DNA of 64,000 nucleotides, from NCBI GenBank assembly GCA_034926785.1, contig JAYFQU010000009.1, forward strand, positions 118 to 64,117, read 5' to 3'. Shown piece by piece: positions 1-8,399 of the stretch. Positions within the stretch are counted from its first letter, which is position 1. The number at the start of each line of letters is the position of its first letter. The translations under genes and the position numbers were made by a program. A model generated the notes under the pieces. It was not told the origin of the DNA, searched no databases, and worked only from the letters and a program-made list of their open reading frames with translations. The stretch is from Christensenella sp. (GTDB lineage Bacteria; Bacillota; Clostridia; Christensenellales; CAG-138).

Positions 1-20
1 GGACTTTGTCGATGGGCTGA
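1..20 (-). repeat. Partial copy of intergenic repeat family B; only the 5' end is present because the window edge cuts it
   Basis: The reverse complement of 1-20 is tcagcccatcgacaaagtcc. This matches the first 20 nt of the family B copies at 8198 and 45641. It starts directly after the stem-loop at 21-44. Confidence 0.5.
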
Positions 21-44
21 ACGGGAAGCATTTTCACTTCCCGT
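21..44. terminator. Stem-loop downstream of the phosphohexomutase gene
   Basis: acgggaag / cttcccgt form an 8-bp stem with a 7-8-nt loop. On the minus strand it lies just after the gene stop and is followed by the family B repeat rather than a U-tract. Confidence 0.45.
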
Positions 45-60
45 TTTCATATCCAGCCGT

Positions 61-1572
61 TTACAGCTTCTTGAGTCCGCTCGTATCCAGCTTGTCATAC
101 GCGCTCAAAAACGCATAGAGCTTAACGGCGATTTGATGCACGCCGCCGGTCGAGTTGCTCTCAATATTCAGCGGCATGAGCGGGTCGTGCAGCGACATGC
201 GCAGCAGGAACCAGCCGTCGCCCTCCCCCGCGCCAAACGAGACGCGAAGGCCCTCATAATTCTCCTTTGCGACATCCCATCCCTGCTTGGCGGCATAGTC
301 GGCGAGGTCCTTGAGCACGCCGCTGCCATAGGGGCCAAACTCCGGCACGGCGATATTCATGCGCACCTCTTCGCTCTCCTTCGGTTCTGCGAGGGAGTCG
401 ATCAGCGAAAACAGCGTGCGGTTTTCCTTTTTGAGCTGCGCCATCTTAATCAGCAGTTTCGTGATGAGATACGCCCCGTCGTCGAGGAAATAGTTTTCTT
501 TGAGTGCGCCGTGCCCGCTCGTCTCAATCGCGAGCTGGCTGTCCCTGCCGCTCTTGTTGATGCGGATGCTCTCGTCGATGACATTCTTATAGCCGCGCTT
601 GAAGCGATGATGCACGCCGCCCTTCGCAGCGATAAACTCCGCCAGCCCGCTGGAGGTGATGGAGTCCGTGACGATGGTTGTGCCCGGGTGTTCCTCCAGC
701 AGCACGGCGGAGATGAGCGCGATCAGACGGTTGCGGTTAATCTCCTTGCCGTCGTTGGCAACCGCGCCCGCGCGGTCCACATCCGTGTCGAAGATGATAC
801 CCATATCCGCCTTGTTGGCCAACACGCACTGCGCGATGGAGTCCATCGCCGCCTTGTCCTCCGGGTTGGGCTGGTGGTTGGGAAAATGCCCGTCGGGCTC
901 CAGAAACTGGCTGCCCGTCGTGTCCGCGCCGAGCGGGTGGAGCACCTTGTCCACAAAAAATCCACCCGCGCCGTTTCCCGCGTCCACCACGATTTTAAAT
1001 CCCCCAAGCGGATGGGCGTAGTCCTCGGCGTGGACGCCGCTGCGGATGCGCTCGACCAGCCCTGCGGCATAAACACTCAGGAAGTCCACCTTCGTCAGCG
1101 CTCCGCGCTCCAGGGCGGGGATGAACGCATCCGCCTCCGCGCTGGCGAGGATGGCGGCGATGTCGCTTTTCTCCAGCCCGCCGTTCTTGGTGAAAAACTT
1201 GATTCCGTTGCGGTTCCACGGCAGGTGGCTCGCCGTGAGCATGATCGCGCCGTCGTATTCATAGCCTTTGGTCACGGTGCTCATAAACATACTCGGCGTA
1301 CTGGCGAGGCCGAAGTCCGCAAGATCGGCGCCCATCGCGAGGATCCCCTCCGCCGCGGCCTTAAGCAGCTTTTCGCCGGAGAGGCGGGAGTCCCGCCCGA
1401 TGGAGAGGCGCAATTCGCTTTTGCTAAACTTCTCCTGCAGATACAGCACGAACGCCTTGGCGATGTTCGTGACCGCCTCGGCGGTCAGCGTCACGGGCTG
1501 ACCCTCGATGCCCTCCATGGCGACGCCGCGGATGTCGCTGCCGTTTTGCAGCTTGCGATACTCGATACCCAT
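61..1572 (-). CDS. Phosphoglucomutase/phosphomannomutase family protein (alpha-D-phosphohexomutase)
   Basis: 503-aa ORF with the active-site serine loop TASHLPWNRNG and the metal loop FDTDVDRAG. A GAGG-like RBS precedes the ATG. Confidence 0.85.
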   Translation of the reverse strand: MGIEYRKLQNGSDIRGVAMEGIEGQPVTLTAEAVTNIAKAFVLYLQEKFSKSELRLSIGRDSRLSGEKLLKAAAEGILAMGADLADFGLASTPSMFMSTVTKGYEYDGAIMLTASHLPWNRNGIKFFTKNGGLEKSDIAAILASAEADAFIPALERGALTKVDFLSVYAAGLVERIRSGVHAEDYAHPLGGFKIVVDAGNGAGGFFVDKVLHPLGADTTGSQFLEPDGHFPNHQPNPEDKAAMDSIAQCVLANKADMGIIFDTDVDRAGAVANDGKEINRNRLIALISAVLLEEHPGTTIVTDSITSSGLAEFIAAKGGVHHRFKRGYKNVIDESIRINKSGRDSQLAIETSGHGALKENYFLDDGAYLITKLLIKMAQLKKENRTLFSLIDSLAEPKESEEVRMNIAVPEFGPYGSGVLKDLADYAAKQGWDVAKENYEGLRVSFGAGEGDGWFLLRMSLHDPLMPLNIESNSTGGVHQIAVKLYAFLSAYDKLDTSGLKKL

Positions 1573-1814
1573 GCAAAAAAACCTCGCTTTCCGACTTGTG
1601 TTTGCTCACGCGCCAGGCGCAGAAAAAACTGCGCATCACACCGGGAGCGTCATTAATATTTATACGGCATCATTGTCGCATCCAACCCGGCGTTTGTCAA
1701 TTCTGCGGGGCGGCGTGCGGTGTTGGAAACGCGCTCTTTCCCACGGGGGAAAAACATGATATTCTAAAGATAACGCAAACGGGCAAAACCAGAGGGGGCA
1801 AACAGACGCTAGCT

Positions 1815-2984
1815 ATGCGCATCGGAATACTCGGCGGTACATTTAACCCCATCCATACCGCGCACGTGCAGATGGCGCGTATCGCGCGGGACGAAGCCGC
1901 GCTGGATCTGGTGCTGCTCATCGTCTCCGCCGACCCGCCGCATAAGCGCGTGGAGGGCGAGGTGCCCGCCGGCGAGCGTTACCGGCTCACACAGCTTGCG
2001 CTCGCTGGCGAAGAGCGGATGATCCCGAGCGATCTGGAGATTCTGCGCGGGGGAAAAAGCTATATGCTGCTGACCTTGCAGGAGCTCGGCCAGCGCTATC
2101 CCGGCGCGGAACTGAGTCTGATTGTCGGGAGCGACATGCTCAGCGACCTGCCGAACTGGTATCATCCCGAAGAGGTGCTGAAGCTGGCGGATGTGCTCTG
2201 CGTGCCGCGTATCGGGCGAAACGACAACGACGGCGAGGCCGCGCGGTTGCTCTCCGAGCGATTCGGCGCAAGGGTTCGCCTGCTGACCGGGCGGGCGGAT
2301 ATCATCTCCTCGACCGAAATCCGCAGCCGCCTGCTGGAAGGGTTGCCCGTGGAGGGGCTGATGCCGGAGCCGGTGGAGCAGGCCGTCTATGAGGGCGGCG
2401 AATACTTTCCCGGCGAGGTGCGCGCCCTGCAGGCAAAATGTCGCGCGGCGCTGACGCAGAAGCGCTACCGCCACGTCTGCGGAACCATGCGCGCGGCGGC
2501 GAAGATTGCCGCGCTCTGGAACCAGGACGCAAAGCGCGCGCGCATCGCGGCGCTGCTGCATGACTGCGCGAAGTGCCTTGATCCGCTACGGCAGGAGGTG
2601 CTCTCCGGCGACGAGACGGGGATTGCCCCGGTGCATCATGCGTTCGCCGGCGCTGTGCTCGCCAAGATGGAATACGGCGTCACGGACGAAGCCATCCTTC
2701 GCGCCATCCGTCTGCACACCACAGGGGATTGGGGCATGACGGATTTTGACGCGCTGATCTACGCAGCGGACCTGATTGAACCCACGCGTACGTTTCCCGG
2801 CGTGGAGGACTATCGAAACCGGCTGACGAAGGATATCGACCGATTTATGCAATATGCGCTTGGGCGCGTCTGCGAAATGATCGGCAAAAAAGGCTGGAAA
2901 ACACACCCCGCGTCTGCGCGGGCCATCGCGTTTTACGACCGGAAGATCAAACAGCAGGAAACCGCTGAGCGATCCGACAAATGA
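1815..2984 (+). CDS. nadD: Nicotinate-nucleotide adenylyltransferase (NadD) fused to a YqeK-type HD-domain hydrolase
   Basis: The N-terminal half has GGTFNPIHTAH (the nucleotidyltransferase HxGH-type motif). The C-terminal half has the YqeK HD signature (RYRHVCG..., LLHDCAK, RLHTTG). The start was moved to ATG 1815 inside the longer track ORF. Confidence 0.8.
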   Translation: MRIGILGGTFNPIHTAHVQMARIARDEAALDLVLLIVSADPPHKRVEGEVPAGERYRLTQLALAGEERMIPSDLEILRGGKSYMLLTLQELGQRYPGAELSLIVGSDMLSDLPNWYHPEEVLKLADVLCVPRIGRNDNDGEAARLLSERFGARVRLLTGRADIISSTEIRSRLLEGLPVEGLMPEPVEQAVYEGGEYFPGEVRALQAKCRAALTQKRYRHVCGTMRAAAKIAALWNQDAKRARIAALLHDCAKCLDPLRQEVLSGDETGIAPVHHAFAGAVLAKMEYGVTDEAILRAIRLHTTGDWGMTDFDALIYAADLIEPTRTFPGVEDYRNRLTKDIDRFMQYALGRVCEMIGKKGWKTHPASARAIAFYDRKIKQQETAERSDK

Positions 2985-3014
2985 TTTTAAAAAAAGACTG
3001 ACGGAGGAATACAA

Positions 3015-3413
3015 TTGAACGAAGCCATCAAACAAAAGGCGCTGGGCGTCTGCGAGATTCTCTATAACAAGAAGGCCATCGACATCGTCGCCATCCATGT
3101 GGCGGACAAGACCATCGTCGCGGATTGGTTCATCATCTGCAGCGGGCGCGCAACCCAGCAGGTGAAGGCGATTGCGGACGAGCTGGATCACAAGGCGCCG
3201 GAACTGGGGCTGACACTCCGGCGCAGCGAGGGATATGGCGAGGGCAAATGGGTCGTGCTGGACTATGCGGATATCCTCGTGCATATCTTCTATCCCGAGG
3301 AGCGCAAATACTATAATATGGAGCGCCTCTGGGACGAGAGCGACAGCGCAATTCGCTATTCCGTGATGAAGGAAGAGGAAGAACGGGAAAAATCCCGTGC
3401 AAAACAGGGCTGA
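3015..3413 (+). CDS. rsfS: Ribosome silencing factor RsfS (Iojap family)
   Basis: 132 aa with a TTG start after GGAGG. The conserved ADWFIICSGRATQQVKAIAD and WVVLDYADILVHIF segments are present. It follows nadD-yqeK, the order seen in Bacillus. Confidence 0.85.
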   Translation: MNEAIKQKALGVCEILYNKKAIDIVAIHVADKTIVADWFIICSGRATQQVKAIADELDHKAPELGLTLRRSEGYGEGKWVVLDYADILVHIFYPEERKYYNMERLWDESDSAIRYSVMKEEEEREKSRAKQG

Positions 3414-3481
3414 ACCGAATCTACGTGAACCACCCCCCAGGCAAACAACCCCAAATTTTGTTGACAGGAGGGCAGAGGAAC

Positions 3482-3694
3482 ATGGAAGAACACGAACTCA
3501 GAACAATCCTCAAACGCTTTGCGGACTCTGGCTGGGAACTGATCTCCGTCCCGTCCGACGCGTATCTTGCGGGAGAGAGCTGTAAAGATGAGCTCATTGC
3601 CGCCGTGGAGCAGGCGAACGAGGAATGCGGGGAGTGCGGCTGTGAATACGACGCGCTCTATCGCCGGTTTCTCGCGCTGCAAAAGGCGCTCTAG
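3482..3694 (+). CDS. Small hypothetical protein (70 aa, acidic, ECGECGC motif)
   Basis: An ORF with an AGGAGGG RBS 8-10 nt upstream of ATG 3482. I recognise no family. Confidence 0.35.
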   Translation: MEEHELRTILKRFADSGWELISVPSDAYLAGESCKDELIAAVEQANEECGECGCEYDALYRRFLALQKAL

Positions 3695-3728
3695 CGCCGT
3701 TTAAACCAAACACCGCCCGCACCTAAAC

Positions 3729-3756
3729 TGCCGGAGAAGGTTCCGGCGGTTTTTTT
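3729..3756 (+). terminator. Intrinsic terminator
   Basis: gccgga gaaggt tccggc stem-loop followed by a run of 7 T. Confidence 0.65.
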
Positions 3757-4029
3757 GTAAAAAATTGAAAGAAAATGAAAACGATCTGCAACGATTTGCC
3801 AATTTGCCGAGTGTTATAGATAGAAGCGGGTTTGGTCGTTTGCAATACAAAAACGATTGTGGCATACTGGTTTTACGAACAGGCTTTCGTTCGTCCATGA
3901 CACTTCTCGGCGATATTTGGCGGATGTCCATCCCGGTCATGCGCCGCAACAAACAACGGCCTCCCGAACCACAGAACCCACGCAACCGACGCGCGGCCCA
4001 TTTTGCCGCATGTACGGAAAGGAGAGCTT

Positions 4030-6963
4030 ATGAACCGAACGATACGACTCAACAGATTGCTCGCACTATGGATCGTGCTTGCGCTTGCGCTGGTGGTTCC
4101 CGCCATCGCGTTGGCGGAGGGTGGACCAACCGCGACGCTGTATTCCCCTTCGACGGGGGCTTCCACCTCCGGCAATCAGAAAATCATCTTTTCGCTGAGC
4201 GAGCAGGTTTCGCTGGTGAGCGGGAGGAACATTACCATTACACCCGCCGGCGGAACGCCTTCTGTTGCCGCTGCTACCAGCGGGACGCGGCTCGGTAACG
4301 CGAGCACGGGGCCCTGGTATGTCAGCTATAAGCTGAGCGACTTTAGCCCCGCGCTGACGCTGACCCCCAATACGACATATAACGTATTGGCCCAGGCAGG
4401 GGCATTTGAGGCCGCCTCGACCCCCAGCGCGGAAGCAACGGGAACGTTCACGACCGGAGACGCAGGCGGCACGCTTGTGATCTACACCAAGACCAACAAC
4501 CAAACGCTCCAAACCGGCGGTGTTGATATCGTCAGCGGGAGCGCAGTTGCCGGCGGCAGCCCAATCACCGCTATCAACACAAGCGATGGAAGCTATGTTC
4601 CGGTGAAGACCGTCTACGTCAACGGCAGCAAGACCGACGGGGTCGCTCTCTCGTCCTATGTGCCTTCCGGGGAACTGGAGGTGTATTACACCCGCACGGA
4701 CGGTACGCTGACCGGCTCTGCCGCGATCTCCGGTCAGGAATACATCGGCGGCGAACTCAGCGGAACGGTTTCCGATCTGAATCAGCCGGACACCAGCGGG
4801 ATTCGTTTTCAATGGGTGCGCGTGGGCGATGGCGGCAATGAGCTCCTTGAATCCGGCGGCATATCCATAAAGCACCCGGTCGTAGCCGCCGACCTGGGAA
4901 AGGTGATCCGACTGGATGTCACGGACACAACGCTCACAAGCGGAACGCTCTCCGACACGACGGGAACCATCGCCAAGGCGCCGTATACCGGCAGCGTTCA
5001 AGATCCTGCTCTGGAAAGCAGCACCGGCACCTCGATCACGCTGGTCTCCGTCTCGGGGTATGAGTATTCGCGCGACGGCGCAACGTGGCGGACCGACCCG
5101 ACCTTCTCCGGCCTGACGGCTGGTACGCCTTATGACTTCTACCAGCGCGTCGCGGAGACGACGACGACCCTTGCCTCCGGCACGAGCAACAAGGTGACGC
5201 TTTCCATCAAGGCGACGCTCACCGGAACAGTCTCCATCAGCGGCACCGCGCAGTCCGGCGTCGCGTTGACAGGTTCCATTACCGGCACCACCAACGCCTC
5301 CGGCACCATCACCTATGCCTGGTCGCGCGGGGGAACGCCGGTTGGCACCAACAGCGCAACCTATACGCCCAACGCGGCGGATGTCAACTCCACATTGACG
5401 CTGACGATTTCAACCAGTGAACAGAACGGGACGATTTCCGCGACCACGGCGGCGGTCAAGAAGGCTGCGAATACCACGGTGCCCGCCGCGCCAACCATGG
5501 CGAGCGCAACGGCGACCACCATCACGCTCAACGCCACAGGCGGATATCAATATTCGCTCGGCGGAACCTACTGGCAGGATACCACGACCTTTAACAATCT
5601 GGTTGCGGGCGCAACCTATACCTTCTATCAGCGCGTTGCAGAGACGAGCGCGGTGCTTGCCTCAGGCGCGAGCACGGGCGCAAACTTCACCACGCTTCCG
5701 ACGCTGTCAGGAACCATTCTGTCCAGCGGAGAGGCAAGGTATGGCATCACAATGACCGTAAACCTCTCCGGCACCAACAACACGGGCACGTTGACCTATA
5801 CCTGGAAGCGCGGGACGATGGTTGTCGGAACGGGCACAAGCTATGCCGTTCAGGCGGCGGATGTGTCTAATACGCTCTCGGTTGAGGTGACAAGCTCCGT
5901 TCAGGGCGGCAGCGTGACGCGCTCCTTTGGAACCGTTGCCAAGGCATATTATGTTGGTAATGCGCCGGATGCGCCGACGCGCTCCAGCCGCACCACCACC
6001 AAGATCGTGCTGAAGGCGGTTGACGGCTATGAGTATTCGCGCGGCGGCACAACCTGGCAGGACAGCACGACCTTCAGCGGACTGAAAGCCGGCACGAGCT
6101 ATACCTTCTACCAGCGTGTGAAGGCGACGGCTACGACCGAGGCTTCCGACAAGAGCGCGGCCTATAAGACCTCCACGGTGGCATCGTCCACATCGGACGG
6201 CGGGGACGCCGACACCCCCAGCAAGACGCCTACGCCGAAGCCGGGAACAACGCCGACGAATGGCGCGAGCGGCACCACGCTGTATAACTACACACTGACA
6301 GACGATAACACGCGCATCCTCTACTCGACGATGAAGAGCCTCGCAGAGGGAAATAAGACGCAGGATGTCACGATCAAACAGAGCAATGTCGAATTCACAT
6401 TCCCCAAAGGAACGATGACGGACACCTATACGCAGCTCTGGTATGACTTCGGCACGACGATCAACAACTCGATTGCGGAACAGACGGCAAAGCAGATCGC
6501 CGGGGATGCGTATGTTGCGACGATTCACTATAACTACAGCGGCGAACTGCCGGGCAAGGCGAATATCCGCTTCTGGCTCGGCGCCGCACAGGCAGGCAAG
6601 ACGCTGTATTATTATCTGCTCAACGCGGATAACACGCTTACCTTCCAGCAGACGTCAACCGTGGACAGCACCGGCTGGGCTTCCGTTACGCAGACGCACT
6701 GCTCGGACTATGTGTTCCTGAGCCGTGATATCGCGAGCGCGAGCGCCTCCCCGTCGGTCTCCCCGTCGGCGGATCCCTCCGTCTCGCCTCTGCCCTCGCC
6801 CAGCGCTTCACCGGAGCAGAACGGCGGTGGATTTACCTCTGACGGATGGTTCATCGCGGCGATTATTCTTATCGCGGTTGCGTTGATCGTCGGCGGCATC
6901 TGGCTCTACACCAAGAGCCGGGATGATCGAATGGACGACGATGACGACGACACTGATTTCTAA
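4030..6963 (+). CDS. Large secreted, membrane-anchored surface protein with three repeated Ig-like/FN3-like modules
   Basis: Signal peptide MNRTIRLNRLLALWIVLALALVVPAIALAEG. The module ...GYEYSRxGxTWxxxxTFSGLxAGTxYxFYQRV... occurs three times. The C-terminus has an S/P-rich linker, a TM helix (WFIAAIILIAVALIVGGIWLY) and an acidic tail. RBS is GGAAAGGAGAG. Confidence 0.75.
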   Translation: MNRTIRLNRLLALWIVLALALVVPAIALAEGGPTATLYSPSTGASTSGNQKIIFSLSEQVSLVSGRNITITPAGGTPSVAAATSGTRLGNASTGPWYVSYKLSDFSPALTLTPNTTYNVLAQAGAFEAASTPSAEATGTFTTGDAGGTLVIYTKTNNQTLQTGGVDIVSGSAVAGGSPITAINTSDGSYVPVKTVYVNGSKTDGVALSSYVPSGELEVYYTRTDGTLTGSAAISGQEYIGGELSGTVSDLNQPDTSGIRFQWVRVGDGGNELLESGGISIKHPVVAADLGKVIRLDVTDTTLTSGTLSDTTGTIAKAPYTGSVQDPALESSTGTSITLVSVSGYEYSRDGATWRTDPTFSGLTAGTPYDFYQRVAETTTTLASGTSNKVTLSIKATLTGTVSISGTAQSGVALTGSITGTTNASGTITYAWSRGGTPVGTNSATYTPNAADVNSTLTLTISTSEQNGTISATTAAVKKAANTTVPAAPTMASATATTITLNATGGYQYSLGGTYWQDTTTFNNLVAGATYTFYQRVAETSAVLASGASTGANFTTLPTLSGTILSSGEARYGITMTVNLSGTNNTGTLTYTWKRGTMVVGTGTSYAVQAADVSNTLSVEVTSSVQGGSVTRSFGTVAKAYYVGNAPDAPTRSSRTTTKIVLKAVDGYEYSRGGTTWQDSTTFSGLKAGTSYTFYQRVKATATTEASDKSAAYKTSTVASSTSDGGDADTPSKTPTPKPGTTPTNGASGTTLYNYTLTDDNTRILYSTMKSLAEGNKTQDVTIKQSNVEFTFPKGTMTDTYTQLWYDFGTTINNSIAEQTAKQIAGDAYVATIHYNYSGELPGKANIRFWLGAAQAGKTLYYYLLNADNTLTFQQTSTVDSTGWASVTQTHCSDYVFLSRDIASASASPSVSPSADPSVSPLPSPSASPEQNGGGFTSDGWFIAAIILIAVALIVGGIWLYTKSRDDRMDDDDDDTDF

Positions 6964-6982
6964 GGTTTGACGCCAGACCGAC

Positions 6983-7020
6983 AGGGCCTCCTCCGTACCA
7001 CCGGGGGAGGCCCTTCTTTG
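6983..7020 (+). terminator. Probable intrinsic terminator
   Basis: agggcctcc / ggaggccct stem followed by tctttg, a weak T-tract. Confidence 0.45.
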
Positions 7021-7108
7021 GGATAACTTTCACTATGCAGGTGGTTTTATCCGGCGGTATAATGAGTCCGCCGCAGGATTTTTCGGCAGAAATGGAGGCG
7101 AAAACGCC

Positions 7109-7993
7109 ATGGCACAGACCATCAGCGCGGCGTTGAAAAGACACCTGCTCCTCATGCAGCGCGATGAGATCACCGGCAGCATACTATATGAAAAAATCGC
7201 TGTCCGGCAGAAGGACGACAAGAATAAACAGGCTTTTTTGGAGATTTCCCGCGCGGAGCGGGGACATTATGAAACCTGGAGGGCGTATACCGGCGAGGAT
7301 GCCGCGCCAAACCGGATCCGGATCGCGCTGTTTTTACTGCTCAGCCGCATCCTTGGCGTAACGTTCACGATCAAGTTTTTTGAAAAAGGGGAGGATATCG
7401 GGATCGGCCTGCTGAGGGATATCGAGCAGGAACTGCCCGAGGCGCGGCGCGTGATCGCCGAAGAGGAAGAGCATGAACGGCGCCTGATGGAGATGATTGA
7501 CGAGGAGCGGCTGCACTACGTCGGTTCCATCGTGCTGGGCCTTAACGACGCGCTCGTGGAGCTCACGGGAACCATTGCCGGCCTGACCTTTGCGCTTGCG
7601 AACAACCGCCTCGTTGCGCTCTCCGGCATCATTACGGGCGTATCGGCAACGCTCTCCATGGCGGCCTCCAACTATCTGGCGCAGCGGGCGGAAGGGAACA
7701 GCAAGGCGCTTAAGTCCAGCGCATATACCGGCGTGGCGTATTTGATTACCGTCGTGCTCATCGTGCTGCCCTACCTGTTGCTTCCGAATGGATGGTATCT
7801 CGCCGCGTTCGGGATCATGATCGCGCTCGTGGTGCTCATCATTCTTTCGTTTAACTACTATATCTCCGTGGCGCAGGATCTGCCGTTCTGGAAACGGTTT
7901 GGCGAGATGGTGCTCATCAGCCTCGGCGTTGCGGCGCTCTCGTTCGTCATCGGTCTTGCGGCAAAACGGCTGCTTGGCATCAATGTCGGGTAA
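7109..7993 (+). CDS. VIT1/CCC1-family iron/manganese transporter with an N-terminal ferritin-like domain
   Basis: 294 aa. The N-terminus is a rubrerythrin/ferritin-like helix pair (EITGSILYEKIA..., ERGHYETW, EEEEHERRL). The C-terminus is the VIT membrane domain (LGLNDALVELTG..., SMAASNYLA). Confidence 0.8.
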   Translation: MAQTISAALKRHLLLMQRDEITGSILYEKIAVRQKDDKNKQAFLEISRAERGHYETWRAYTGEDAAPNRIRIALFLLLSRILGVTFTIKFFEKGEDIGIGLLRDIEQELPEARRVIAEEEEHERRLMEMIDEERLHYVGSIVLGLNDALVELTGTIAGLTFALANNRLVALSGIITGVSATLSMAASNYLAQRAEGNSKALKSSAYTGVAYLITVVLIVLPYLLLPNGWYLAAFGIMIALVVLIILSFNYYISVAQDLPFWKRFGEMVLISLGVAALSFVIGLAAKRLLGINVG

Positions 7994-8160
7994 CGGGACA
8001 ACCGCTCTTTGCCTTTCGCCCTCCGGATTTCGAGCGGCAAAGCGCTGCGAAGAAAGCGCCCGACTCCGGGTGATCCGTCACGGTTGCAAAGCCGCCACAG
8101 CCGGAATCTGCTGGGTAAGGGCGCAGGCCTTTACAATCCCAAGATTTTTTTGACAGACTG
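7994..8160 (-). repeat. Intergenic repeat family A, copy 1 (about 167 nt)
   Basis: The reverse complement starts cagtctgtcaaaaaaatcttgggattg and ends ggcaaagagcggttgtcccg. By eye it aligns along its length with the copies at 29744 and 52646. It abuts the VIT stop codon on one side and the hairpin 8161-8197 on the other. Confidence 0.8.
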
Positions 8161-8197
8161 CGGAGAGCACCCCCGATTATACGGGGGGTGCTCTCCG
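8161..8197. terminator. GC-rich stem-loop between convergent genes, with a repeat element on each side
   Basis: cggagagcacccc cgattatac ggggggtgctctccg gives a stem of about 13 bp. No T-tract is left on either strand because the repeats begin at the stem base. Confidence 0.5.
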
Positions 8198-8367
8198 CTC
8201 AGCGCATCGACCAAGTCCCGCGGGCTTTGCCGATGGGTTTTAGTTTGGGTTAAAATAACGCGATTCGCGCCATTTTTTCACAAATTGGGCGAGTGAATCG
8301 CCGAATTTGATGGAACATGGGGGATTTTCGAAATTCTAACCCCTGGCGGGGGTTGTCGATCCACTGG
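8198..8367 (+). repeat. Intergenic repeat family B, copy 1 (about 170 nt)
   Basis: It starts ctcagcgcatcgaccaagtcc. By eye it is roughly 85 percent identical to 45641-45813. It contains the internal hairpins cgcgattcgcg, ggcgagtgaatcgcc and gggggattttcgaaat. Confidence 0.8.
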
Positions 8368-8399
8368 CTCCTTTGAACTCTTTTATACGTTGGTGCGGG

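Noticed and set aside
133-1656. 507-aa plus-strand ORF overlapping the phosphohexomutase gene
   Set aside because: It is antisense to a gene with clear catalytic motifs. Its composition is Arg/Ala-rich with no recognisable domain.
8009-8296. Track ORFs 8009-8296 (+) and 29771-30028 (-) share a PGDPSR(L/W)QS peptide
   Set aside because: The similarity arises because both read through copies of repeat family A. The ORFs have no RBS and extend into unrelated flanks, so they are not genes.
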